Shown: positions 1 through 7,480, counted from the first letter of the stretch. The stretch: 16,220 bases of DNA from Candidatus Micrarchaeota archaeon (GCA_043805855.1 JAZDHP010000032.1:1-16220); one strand, 5' to 3'. Notes: generated by a model from the sequence alone, not told the origin. Numbers and translations are program-made.

Positions 1-2
1 TT

Positions 3-113
3 GGCCAAATGACCCCTGCTGAAACGGCGCTTTACTCTCACCGCGCAAAAGCGTTTCAAGAACTTGCTTATTACTTAACGAAGCAGAAGCCGTTGGAGGG
101 TGTGCTTCGTTAA
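3..113 (+). CDS. rdgB: 3' end (partial) of non-canonical purine NTP pyrophosphatase, RdgB/HAM1/ITPase family
   Basis: Manual translation from nt 3: GQMTPAETALYSHRAKAFQELAYYLTKQKPLEGVLR*, stop TAA at 111-113. It contains the family's C-terminal SHR motif in the usual (F)xxMxxxExxxxSHRxKA context. Not in the ORF track. Confidence 0.75.
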   Translation, partial: GQMTPAETALYSHRAKAFQELAYYLTKQKPLEGVLR

Positions 114-148
114 GGCCTTACATTTCGCCGTACAAAGCGAAATGTAAG
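74..148. repeat. Two adjacent perfect 12-bp inverted repeats
   Basis: CTTAACGAAGCA (74-85)/TGCTTCGTTAAG (103-114) and CTTACATTTCGC (117-128)/GCGAAATGTAAG (137-148). Confidence 0.85.
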
Positions 149-167
149 TTAATCTAAAAACAAAACC

Positions 168-494
168 GTGAAACAAATGAAACAAAAAAAGCGCTATTTA
201 CTTTATGCAATTGAAGGCCAGGAACTGGACGAGAAAACCGCGAGGTTACTTGTACGTCGCAGTGTTTACAGTTTTCTCGGTGAGCACGGTGCAAGTGAGG
301 CAAATGTAAAGTTCATGGAGTTCGACGCAACGAAACAGATGTTCTTGTTGCGCTGTGCGTTGCCAACGTTGGAAAAAACAATAGCGTGCCTCGCGTTTGT
401 TATTAGTTACAACGAAAAACCCATCGCTCTACGTTTACAGAAAATGAGCGGCTGTGTTAAGCACGTTTGGAATGAGAATAAATCATCGAGGTAA
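168..494 (+). CDS. rnp2: Ribonuclease P protein component 2 (Rpp14/Pop5 family)
   Basis: N-terminal KKRYLLY, central SFLGEHGAS, C-terminal LQKMSGCVK match the Pop5 pattern (KxRY...lGexG...SGTik). Located upstream of psmA as in the archaeal superoperon. Start is GTG 168 or ATG 177. Confidence 0.8.
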   Translation: MKQMKQKKRYLLYAIEGQELDEKTARLLVRRSVYSFLGEHGASEANVKFMEFDATKQMFLLRCALPTLEKTIACLAFVISYNEKPIALRLQKMSGCVKHVWNENKSSR

Positions 495-501
495 TAGCGT
501 T

Positions 502-870
502 ATGGCTGATGATTTTAAAGGTACGATTATTGAAGAGAGCCTTAAGGATAAGGCGGTTTTGAAAAAGGTAAAGATAATCCGAACAAAAGTTGAACCGGTT
601 GTTGAAAAGCATAAAACACCTTGGCTAAAGCAATGGACTTTGTATAATGTTGAAATTCCAGAAGGCGATGCTGAACAAATCGCAATTACACTTAGCAAGT
701 CGCTTGAGCGGAATTACTGGTACGCTGATTTCAAAAACAAAACGTGCCATTTCATAGTTTTTAACAATAAAATCTTTGATATTGATAGAAAAAACAAGAG
801 GCAGTACGAAGAAGCTAGGCAATATGGGCTTTCCCTAGGAATTCCTGGTTATCAAGTTGCCTTTTCCTAG
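502..870 (+). CDS. Hypothetical protein (~122 aa)
   Basis: Likely start is ATG 502 (MADDFKGTIIEESL...), preceded by GAGGT and avoiding overlap with rnp2. Motifs GTIIEESL, KTPWLKQWT, WYADFKN, GLSLGIP. No function recognised. Confidence 0.7.
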   Translation: MADDFKGTIIEESLKDKAVLKKVKIIRTKVEPVVEKHKTPWLKQWTLYNVEIPEGDAEQIAITLSKSLERNYWYADFKNKTCHFIVFNNKIFDIDRKNKRQYEEARQYGLSLGIPGYQVAFS

Positions 871-978
871 GCGTTTTTACTAAAGGTAACCCATAAAAAG
901 CGGGTTTTTCCTATTTTTAGCGGTTAAGATAAACAAAATTACACTTTTTCGTGTTTTAGATAAGGAACTACAACAGAG

Positions 979-985
979 TTTTTAA
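979..985 (+). promoter_or_regulatory. Putative archaeal TATA box for psmA operon
   Basis: TTTTTAA, the same motif seen before several genes in the window. An SD-like GGTGAG lies at 1013-1018 before ATG 1024. Confidence 0.5.
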
Positions 986-1023
986 AAGGTTAAACTTTGT
1001 TTGGTTAGATATGGTGAGTTAAT

Positions 1024-1737
1024 ATGTATCCTCCGCAACAGTCAGCTTATGACAGAGCAATCACGGTTTTTTCCCCAGATGGAAGGTTATTTCAAGTTGA
1101 ATACGCGCGCGAAGCGGTACGAACAGGAAGTACGTCTATTGGCATTGTTTGCCGCGACGGCGTTGCTCTAGTTGCGCACAAGCGCATTGCTTCTAATTTA
1201 ATTGTTGGCGATTCGCACGAGAAGATTTTCCAAATTGATAAACATATCGGCGCCGCTTCCAGCGGGCTAGTTGCCGACGCGCGTAAGTTAGTTGATTTTG
1301 CTCGAGTTGAGTGCCAGCGTCACCACTTAACTTATGATGAATTTATGCCTGTTGAAATGCTTTCCAAGAAAATCGGAGACCACTTACAATTTTACACTCA
1401 GCTCGGCGGCGTTCGGCCATATGGAGTTTCACTGTTAATCGCAGGGGTAAGCGACGGTGCGCCGCGCTTGTTCGAAACTGACCCAAGCGGTGCGTTGTTT
1501 GAATACAAGGCAACTGCAATTGGAGTTGGGAAGAAGGTTGTAGAAGAGTTAATGGAAAAAGAATACAGGGATAGCTTGTCAGAACAAGACGCGGTTAAGT
1601 TAGCCGTAAGAGCGTTGAAAAAGAGCTTAGCTGCAGACGAGAAGTTAACCGCGGCGTTGCTTGACGTTACATTTATTTCTAAAAACACTGGCACTGCAAA
1701 GCAGTACAGTAAAGAAGATTTAGCTAGCTTAGTGTAG
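1024..1737 (+). CDS. psmA: Proteasome subunit alpha
   Basis: YDRAITVFSPDGRLFQVEYAREAV signature, GVRPYGVSLLIAG, LFETDPSG. Confidence 0.98.
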   Translation: MYPPQQSAYDRAITVFSPDGRLFQVEYAREAVRTGSTSIGIVCRDGVALVAHKRIASNLIVGDSHEKIFQIDKHIGAASSGLVADARKLVDFARVECQRHHLTYDEFMPVEMLSKKIGDHLQFYTQLGGVRPYGVSLLIAGVSDGAPRLFETDPSGALFEYKATAIGVGKKVVEELMEKEYRDSLSEQDAVKLAVRALKKSLAADEKLTAALLDVTFISKNTGTAKQYSKEDLASLV

Positions 1738-1772
1738 TTTGTACATGTTAGGCTTTTGAAGTTGAGAGAAAA

Positions 1773-2462
1773 ATGTCTGGAATTGAAAACACAATTATAG
1801 CGCGTTTAGAGAAGCACGGGGAACACTTTGAAATTTTAGTTGACCCCAAAAAGTCCTACGAGTATAAAACTGGGATAAAGAAAGATTTTGACAACGTTTT
1901 AATGTTCGACGAAATTTTCAAAGATGCAAACAAGGGAGAACGGCAGACTGGCCCGGCAATTAAAAAAGTTTTTGGCACAACTGACGCGATTGAAGTTGCA
2001 AAGATGATAATGCGCGACGGAGACTTGCAGTTAACAACTGACCAGCGTCGAAAAGTTCTCGAGGAAAAGCGGTTGAGAATAGTTAACTTGATTGCACGGA
2101 ATTGCGTTGACCCGCGGACAAAGGCACCGCACCCGCCGCAGCGCATTGCAGCTGCAATGGAACAAGCGCGTGTCAATGTAGACGCGTTTAAGCCAGCTGA
2201 AGAACAGATGTTAGTAATTATAGAAGCGTTGAGGGAGATTATTCCAATTTCAATGCAGCAAGCTAAAATCGCAGTGAAAATTCCAGGCCAATTCGCCGCA
2301 AGGGCGTATGGTTCGTTGAAAGAATACGGATTGCAAAAAGAAGAGTGGGGCAGCGACGGTTCGCTCATGGTGGTTTGTGAAATGCCTGCTGGAATGCAAG
2401 GGGAGTTTTTCGACCGCGTGAATAAACTAACGTCGGGCCAAGCTGCTACAAAAGTACTTTGA
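1773..2462 (+). CDS. sdo1: Ribosome maturation protein SBDS/Sdo1
   Basis: ARLEKHGEHFEILVDP, IFKDANKG, QLTTDQRR, VDPRTKAPHPPQRI. Conserved position after psmA. Confidence 0.96.
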   Translation: MSGIENTIIARLEKHGEHFEILVDPKKSYEYKTGIKKDFDNVLMFDEIFKDANKGERQTGPAIKKVFGTTDAIEVAKMIMRDGDLQLTTDQRRKVLEEKRLRIVNLIARNCVDPRTKAPHPPQRIAAAMEQARVNVDAFKPAEEQMLVIIEALREIIPISMQQAKIAVKIPGQFAARAYGSLKEYGLQKEEWGSDGSLMVVCEMPAGMQGEFFDRVNKLTSGQAATKVL

Positions 2463-2541
2463 ATTAAAATAAAAAATCAAATAAAAAATAAATTAAAATA
2501 AAAAAATAAGAAAATAATAAGTGAGAAAGTAAAAAATTACG

Positions 2542-3222
2542 GTGATTGAAATGACTGAAAAAAGAATTGTTATTCCTGGTGAAAAGGTTGGCGACGGAGC
2601 AAAGCGGCTTGATGGCTGTTTTGTAGACGGAGGTAAAACTTTCGCGTCAGTTGTAAGCATAATGCAAGATGAAAAAGTTGTACCCCTAAAAGGCAAATAT
2701 CTTCCTATTCCGGGCGACTATGTTGTTGGCATAGTTTCAGACGAGAGATTTTCTGGATTCACGCTTGACTTGAACTCGCCTTACGAAGGGCAAGTTTCAG
2801 CGCGGGACATTAGAGAACCACTACGCGTTGGAGATGTTGTATTTGTAAAAATTTCTTTTGTCGATGAAGTAAACAACGCTTCACTTGCAGACCCACGTCG
2901 GCTTTATGGCGGCGAAATTATTGAAATTGAGCCAGTTAAAGTTCCACGTGTTATTGGCAGAAATTCAAGTATGGTTACAATGATACGCGACTACACTGGC
3001 ACTGACCTTTTTGTTGGTAAAAATGGGCGGCTTTACCTAAAGGGTAAAAACACCGTTCTTGCAGGTGAAGCGATTTTCAAAATCTGTCGCGAAGCACACA
3101 CGTCTGGTTTAACTGAACGTATAAAACAATTCCTTGAAAGCAACGGTGGCGAAAACACTGGCAAAACTGAAAACAGTGAAGACGAGGGAGATGAAGAGGG
3201 AAACGGCGGAGAAGCAAATTAA
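2542..3222 (+). CDS. rrp4: Exosome complex RNA-binding protein Rrp4
   Basis: IVIPGE, PLKGKYLPIPGDYVVG (S1 domain), KVPRVIG and VGKNGRLY (KH domain), EAHTSGLTERI. Start is GTG 2542 or ATG 2551. Confidence 0.95.
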   Translation: MIEMTEKRIVIPGEKVGDGAKRLDGCFVDGGKTFASVVSIMQDEKVVPLKGKYLPIPGDYVVGIVSDERFSGFTLDLNSPYEGQVSARDIREPLRVGDVVFVKISFVDEVNNASLADPRRLYGGEIIEIEPVKVPRVIGRNSSMVTMIRDYTGTDLFVGKNGRLYLKGKNTVLAGEAIFKICREAHTSGLTERIKQFLESNGGENTGKTENSEDEGDEEGNGGEAN

Positions 3223-3240
3223 TTACATTTACAGGAGTTG

Positions 3241-4005
3241 ATGAAAAAAATGAGTAATACAGATCCAAATAAGCCTAAGTTAATTATAGGCGACAAACGC
3301 GTTAGCGGTAGAAGTTTTACAGACTTACGTTCGCCGTTAAAAATCACAGCCGGAGTTTTGAAACAAGCAGACGGCAGTGCGATGATTGAATGGGGAAAGA
3401 ATCGAATCATCGCAGCAGTTTACGGTCCCCACGAAGTGTTCCCAAAATTTTTAACTGACCACAACAAAGCGCTAGTAAAAGCACGCTATGTAATGGCCCC
3501 GTTTTCCTCACTAGAAGACCACGGCAGAAGTGGACCAAATCGAAGGAGCATTGAAATAAGCAAAGTTGCAAAACACGTTTTTGAAAACGTTATATTGACA
3601 AACAAGTTTCCTAAAACAGTAATTGACGTTCACATGGACGTAGTTCAGTCAGACGGCGGAACCCGCATCGCGGCAATTACTGCAGCTTCAGTTGCACTTG
3701 CAGACGCAGGGATTCCAATGAAAGATTTAGTTGCAGGAGTTGCAATTGGAAAAGTCGACGGCGAACTCGTTGTAGATTTAGATAAGTTGGAAGATAACTA
3801 TGGTGAAAGCGACGCAGCTGTTGTTATATCGCCCCGCACTGGAGAAATTTTACTATTCCAAATGGAAGGAATTTTAACGCCAGAGGAAGTCAAGCGTTCA
3901 GTGCGCTTGGCAAGCGACGCAGCGCTTCAAGTTCGTGAAGTGCAAGTAAATGCATTGAGAGAAAAATACTCTCAAGTTGCAAATGAAGTAGGTGAACAAG
4001 TATAA
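3241..4005 (+). CDS. rrp41: Exosome complex exonuclease Rrp41
   Basis: RNase PH fold: ADGSAMIEWG, AVYGP, RYVMAPFS, RRSIEISK, QSDGGTR, DLDKLEDNYGESD catalytic loop. Start uncertain (3238/3241/3250). Confidence 0.96.
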   Translation: MKKMSNTDPNKPKLIIGDKRVSGRSFTDLRSPLKITAGVLKQADGSAMIEWGKNRIIAAVYGPHEVFPKFLTDHNKALVKARYVMAPFSSLEDHGRSGPNRRSIEISKVAKHVFENVILTNKFPKTVIDVHMDVVQSDGGTRIAAITAASVALADAGIPMKDLVAGVAIGKVDGELVVDLDKLEDNYGESDAAVVISPRTGEILLFQMEGILTPEEVKRSVRLASDAALQVREVQVNALREKYSQVANEVGEQV

Positions 4006-4787
4006 TGATTTCAGAACAAGTAAAAGCACAATTTGTAAAAGATTTAATCAAAAAGAACCAACGGCCAGACGGCAGGCAATTTATGGAACACAGGTCAATT
4101 GAAATTATCAAAAACCCGTTTGAAAACTGTGAAGGTAGTGCAATTTGTCAAATTGGCGACACGAAAGTACTTGCTGGTGTAAAGGTAGATTTAGCAACGC
4201 CGTTTCCTGACCGTTTAAACGAAGGAATGCTCTCTGTAAACTGCGAGTTTTCTCCAATTGCGCACAATTCATTTGAAGCTGGCCCGCCAGACGAACGTTC
4301 AATTGAACTCGCAAGAGTAGTTGACCGCGGTATACGCGCAGCTAACACAATTGACTTGAAAAAACTCGTCGTTGCTCCAGGAAAAGTCCTCGGTATATTC
4401 ATTGACCTCTATATTCTTGACTATAATGGCAATTTGACAGACGCAGCTTCAATTGCAGCAATGTCCGCGTTGAAAAACGCAAAAATGCCAACAGTTGAAC
4501 AAGTTGGCGAAGTGTACAAGTTAAACCACGATAAACGCCCTGGTAAACTTCCACTTGGACAAGAAGTTGTTACGTGTACTTTCGAAAAAATCAACAACAC
4601 AATTGTACTTGACGCTTCTATTGAAGAGGAACACGCTTCAAGCGGCAGGTTCACTTTTGGCGCAACAAACGATGGCCACATTTGTTCAGCGCAGAAAAGC
4701 GGCTCAGCTGGCTTTACAATTGAAGAATTTGACTCGCTGATAGACACTACGCTTGAAAAACGAGTGGCGTTATTTAAACTACTTTAA
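4005..4787 (+). CDS. rrp42: Exosome complex component Rrp42
   Basis: RPDGR, EGSA, TPFPD, FEAGPPDERSIELARVVDRGIR, LDYNGNLTDA. Start overlaps the rrp41 stop (TAATG). Confidence 0.96.
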   Translation: MISEQVKAQFVKDLIKKNQRPDGRQFMEHRSIEIIKNPFENCEGSAICQIGDTKVLAGVKVDLATPFPDRLNEGMLSVNCEFSPIAHNSFEAGPPDERSIELARVVDRGIRAANTIDLKKLVVAPGKVLGIFIDLYILDYNGNLTDAASIAAMSALKNAKMPTVEQVGEVYKLNHDKRPGKLPLGQEVVTCTFEKINNTIVLDASIEEEHASSGRFTFGATNDGHICSAQKSGSAGFTIEEFDSLIDTTLEKRVALFKLL

Positions 4788-4801
4788 AGAGGTTATTAAA
4801 A

Positions 4802-5029
4802 ATGGGTTCAAGATACGGCAGGACAATAAGAAAACGAGAAGAAAAAGTGCTTGAAGTGCAACGCGCTAAACACCCTTGCCCAGTTTGCGGTAAGAAAAGT
4901 GTAAAACGTAGAGCAAATGCACTATGGCAATGCAAGTCATGTGGCGTTAAATTTGCAGGCGGTGCATACGCTCCAGAAACTGCAATTGGCGAAACCGCAA
5001 GGAAATTCCTAGAAGGACAGCCAGCGTGA
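4802..5029 (+). CDS. rpl37ae: 50S ribosomal protein L37Ae (eL43)
   Basis: GSRYGRTIRK, CPVC...WQCKSC zinc finger, FAGGAYAP. Conserved position after rrp42. Confidence 0.95.
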   Translation: MGSRYGRTIRKREEKVLEVQRAKHPCPVCGKKSVKRRANALWQCKSCGVKFAGGAYAPETAIGETARKFLEGQPA

Positions 5030-5040
5030 TTTTGTAACTT

Positions 5041-5823
5041 ATGGCATTTGCACTACTATCTGCGAATTTTCCAAACGGAAAATGCGAAGTTAAACTAGAA
5101 AATCCCTCGAAAGAACAGTTAGCTTTGCAGATAGAGAACTTTTCCCACTTAATCTCGGCGAATATTTACAATTACAGCCCAGTTGATTACAAGAAAGTCC
5201 AATCTCTAGTGCCAAAAACAATTAATTTACAACAAACACTTGCCGCGTTATCGCCGTCTAAGATTCTTGAAATCGTGCGGCCGGCAATTACGCTAAAATT
5301 ACCCGAACCGATTGATGAATCGCAAGTGAAAAAGCACAAGGCAAAAACCCGCGCGCTGGAACAAATTGCAGTGAACGCCTTTATTCACGCGTTGTTTGTA
5401 CAAATTTATCCTCAAAACTTCACACCCGCAGGCAAACCCTCGCAGCCAGAGGTGCGAGTAGCTGCTGATTTACCCGAATGGCGAGTTGTGAAAAAAGTAA
5501 ACCTTGCAAAAGCCGAGCCAAAAGAAGTTCTAATCGCGCTGTCCAGCATGTACAATTCACTCCACACGAAATACGTTTCCCTCTCTACAACGCCGCTAGT
5601 GCAAATTGAAGCACCGCGCAAATCCTACGCTAATTTACTTCAAAACGCGTCGTCGTCTTCAATTCCAACTGGAAAAGACTTTGCTACAGAGTGGAAAGCG
5701 TTTGAAGTGTTATCTGCTTACGGCTTCCCGCCAATACCTTCAACAGAAACAATCGGCGAGTTATATCCCGAGGTAAAAATCGCCAAACCCCGCGGAAACT
5801 TCGGAAGCAAAAAGAAAAAGTAA
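5041..5823 (+). CDS. Hypothetical protein, DUF2666-like, possibly internally duplicated
   Basis: AADLPEWRVVKKVNL...EPKEVLIALSS and the C-terminal LYPEVKIAKPRG plus basic tail resemble the archaeal DUF2666 family as I recall it. Not verified by search. Confidence 0.5.
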   Translation: MAFALLSANFPNGKCEVKLENPSKEQLALQIENFSHLISANIYNYSPVDYKKVQSLVPKTINLQQTLAALSPSKILEIVRPAITLKLPEPIDESQVKKHKAKTRALEQIAVNAFIHALFVQIYPQNFTPAGKPSQPEVRVAADLPEWRVVKKVNLAKAEPKEVLIALSSMYNSLHTKYVSLSTTPLVQIEAPRKSYANLLQNASSSSIPTGKDFATEWKAFEVLSAYGFPPIPSTETIGELYPEVKIAKPRGNFGSKKKK

Positions 5824-5833
5824 CAATAACAAG

Positions 5834-5840
5834 TTTTTAA
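5834..5840 (+). promoter_or_regulatory. Putative TATA box for tRNA-Pro
   Basis: TTTTTAA ends 30 nt upstream of the mature tRNA start. Confidence 0.5.
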
Positions 5841-5909
5841 TCACTAAACTCTTCTAAATTTTACATTTATGGGGGATTGGGCTAGCCTGGCTATGCTTCC
5901 AGCTTTGGG

Positions 5910-5972
5910 AAAGCTTTTTTCTTTTACAAAAGAAAAAACCTTGGAAAAAAGAAAATCCAAGCGCTTGAAAAC
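5910..5972 (+). other. tRNA-Pro intron 1 (37/38, 63 nt), carries triplex-type repeat
   Basis: Relaxed BHB: central helix TTTG/GAAA (one G.G mismatch), bulges GG|A and AC|A, closing helix AAGC/GCTT. Confidence 0.85.
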
Positions 5973-5987
5973 AGCTGGAGACCTGAG

Positions 5988-6050
5988 GAAAGCCCTTTTC
6001 TTGTAAGAAAAGGTCTTTCAGTCCCAAAAGAACTGAAATGCTTTCAGGTA
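5988..6050 (+). other. tRNA-Pro intron 2 (53/54, 63 nt), carries triplex-type repeat
   Basis: Strict BHB: central helix CCTG (5982-5985)/CAGG (6045-6048), bulges AG|G and TA|T, closing helix AAAGC/GCTTT. Confidence 0.87.
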
Positions 6051-6056
6051 TTCAAA

Positions 6057-6103
6057 TCTGCAAAATGACGAGTCATTTTGACTTTTCGCCTTGCAGACGA
6101 AAA
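6057..6103 (+). other. tRNA-Pro intron 3 (59/60, 47 nt)
   Basis: Central helix TTCA/CGAA (one A.C mismatch), bulges AA|T and AA|T, closing helix CTGCAA/TTGCAG. Confidence 0.8.
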
Positions 6104-6104
6104 T

Positions 6105-6223
6105 CTCAGATCCCCCATTCTTTTTTATAATTAGTTTAGTGGTTTCTTTTGGCCACGCCTGGCCTTTTCTTTATGAAAGAAAAGGCATGGCCTCGGATCC
6201 CCCATTTTCTTTTTTATAATTAG
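6105..6223 (+). repeat. Direct repeat of tRNA-Pro 3' end plus trailer, flanking a 57-bp insert
   Basis: CTCAGATCCCCCATTCTTTTTTATAATTAG (6105-6134) versus CTCGGATCCCCCATTTTCTTTTTTATAATTAG (6192-6223). Confidence 0.9.
6143..6186 (-). repeat. Free-standing, inverted copy of the triplex-type repeat
   Basis: Minus strand reads GCCTTTTCTTT CAT AAAGAAAA GGCCAGGCGTGGCC AAAAGAAA. Confidence 0.85.
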
Positions 6224-6224
6224 C

Positions 6225-7181
6225 CTAATTTTCAACTTTTTCTTCTGGCTTTTTCAACTTCTTAAAGTAAAACCAAACGCCCGCAATTACGATTATAATT
6301 GCTAGAAGTACAAGCGCTAAATTAGTGAAGTCAAACGAACTACTTTTTATCTTTTTCACCAGCACAAGTGTCTCTGCACTTTTCTCAACAGCGGCGTCTA
6401 CGTTTGCTGCGTTTATTGTGTTTAACTCTACAACGTTTTCAATTTCGCTTTGAACTAACGCTTCAGCTTCGGTTAGTTTTTCCTCACTTTGCACTACCAT
6501 CGGCGAGTCTCTGCCAACTGAAACTATTTTTTCGTTTAGCAACGTACGTGCTTCGCGCGTATCTTTCAGCGCCGCACCTAGTTTAGCTCCGTTTTCGTTT
6601 AAACTATTTACAAACGCGTTGAAGTCACTGTACTCGTCTTGAAAATCTTCATTTAATGTAGTTACTAATTCTAGTGTTGCGTTTCCTCGCATTTGCCGTA
6701 CAATTGTTGTTAACGCGTTTACCTTCGCGTCTGTTTTTGAAAAGTCAACTTCGGGAAGTAGAGTTTTCGCAGTTTCGGTTTTGTTCTTGGCGCTTTCCAG
6801 CTTAAGGGCAGCAGCGTCAATTATTGTGTTTACCTCGTGTTTAACTTTTCTAGCTGGTGTTTTTGCAATTATTGAATCACTTAACGCTTCTGCAGTTATT
6901 TGTAGAGTAGTTTCTCCGTTTTGTAAGTAGTCGCTACTAACTGAAGTAATTTTATCTTGGTCTTGAATTATGTTACCCTCTGTGTCAAGTACAAACGACG
7001 GCGTGTTGTTAACCAAAACTAAAACGTACGTCAAGTGAGTTTCGCTTCTAATTTGCTCTACAACTTCAAAAACAGAATAATCTTCAGTGTTGTCTAAATA
7101 TGTAGGAATGACTTTGTCAAAGTCAGCTTGCGCTGCAACTAAAAACGTAAAAGCCAAAAGGCAGAACAACAATCGCTTCAT
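6225..7181 (-). CDS. Secreted, C-terminally membrane-anchored protein (helical/coiled-coil ectodomain)
   Basis: Likely start ATG 7181 (MKRLLFCLLAFTFLVAA, signal peptide). Acidic helical middle region. C-terminal TM helix LALVLLAIIIVIAGVWFYF followed by KKLKK. Confidence 0.8.
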   Translation of the reverse strand: MKRLLFCLLAFTFLVAAQADFDKVIPTYLDNTEDYSVFEVVEQIRSETHLTYVLVLVNNTPSFVLDTEGNIIQDQDKITSVSSDYLQNGETTLQITAEALSDSIIAKTPARKVKHEVNTIIDAAALKLESAKNKTETAKTLLPEVDFSKTDAKVNALTTIVRQMRGNATLELVTTLNEDFQDEYSDFNAFVNSLNENGAKLGAALKDTREARTLLNEKIVSVGRDSPMVVQSEEKLTEAEALVQSEIENVVELNTINAANVDAAVEKSAETLVLVKKIKSSSFDFTNLALVLLAIIIVIAGVWFYFKKLKKPEEKVEN

Positions 7182-7239
7182 TTCACAAATTCCCTCTAGA
7201 AACGTTACTTCTCGCAAGTATAAAACTTGAACTGTGTGC

Positions 7240-7274
7240 CTTTCTTTTAAAAAGAAAGCCGCCGGGAAAGAAAA
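7240..7274 (+). repeat. Free-standing copy of the triplex-type repeat between divergent promoters
   Basis: CTTTCTTTT A AAAAGAAAG CCGCCGG GAAAGAAAA. Confidence 0.85.
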
Positions 7275-7294
7275 GGGGTTAACCCGGTATAGCT

Positions 7295-7301
7295 TTTTTA
7301 A
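7295..7301 (+). promoter_or_regulatory. Putative TATA box for tRNA-Tyr
   Basis: TTTTTAA ends 29 nt upstream of the mature tRNA start. Confidence 0.5.
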
Positions 7302-7366
7302 TGCTGTTTCTCCTAATTTTATTTGGTGTTCCCGCCTTAGCTCAACGGTAGAGCACCCCGCTGTAG

Positions 7367-7398
7367 CTTTGTATACTTCCTTAACCGGAAGAATAGAA
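7367..7398 (+). other. tRNA-Tyr intron 1 (37/38, 32 nt)
   Basis: BHB central helix CTGT/ATAG, bulges AG|C and AA|A, internal hairpin CTTCC/GGAAG. Confidence 0.87.
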
Positions 7399-7420
7399 AC
7401 GGGGCGGTTGTTGGTTCAAA

Positions 7421-7480
7421 CGGCTTTTCTTTTAGAAAAAGAAAAGTCCGTGGGAAAAGAAAAACTTTTCTCCATGAAAA
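7421..7480 (+). other. tRNA-Tyr intron 2 (59/60, 60 nt), carries triplex-type repeat
   Basis: Central helix TTCA (7415-7418)/TGAA (7475-7478), bulges AA|C and AA|T. Confidence 0.87.

Larger units (their letters stand above)
5871..6117 (+). tRNA. tRNA-Pro(TGG) with three introns (37/38, 53/54, 59/60)
   Basis: Acceptor GGGGGAT/ATCCCCC+A73, D arm GGC TAGCCTGGCTAT GCT, anticodon stem CCAGC/GCTGG with TGG at 5906-5908, T stem CTGAG/CTCAG, T loop TTCAAA+T. Exons 5871-5909, 5973-5987, 6051-6056, 6104-6117. CCA not encoded. Confidence 0.9.

Noticed and set aside
1398..4747. Antisense and alternative-frame ORFs (1398-1694, 1856-2368, 4148-4402, 4421-4747 and similar ones elsewhere)
   Set aside because: They are shadows of well-conserved genes and have no recognisable motifs.
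5988..6117. Split or permuted tRNA interpretation
   Set aside because: All exons are collinear on one strand with cis BHB-like motifs, so ordinary cis-splicing explains them.
5871..6223. CRISPR array or rho-independent terminators as explanation for the repeated hairpins
   Set aside because: No constant repeat/spacer periodicity and no cas genes. The hairpins lie inside tRNA introns and are followed by A-rich, not U-rich, tracts.
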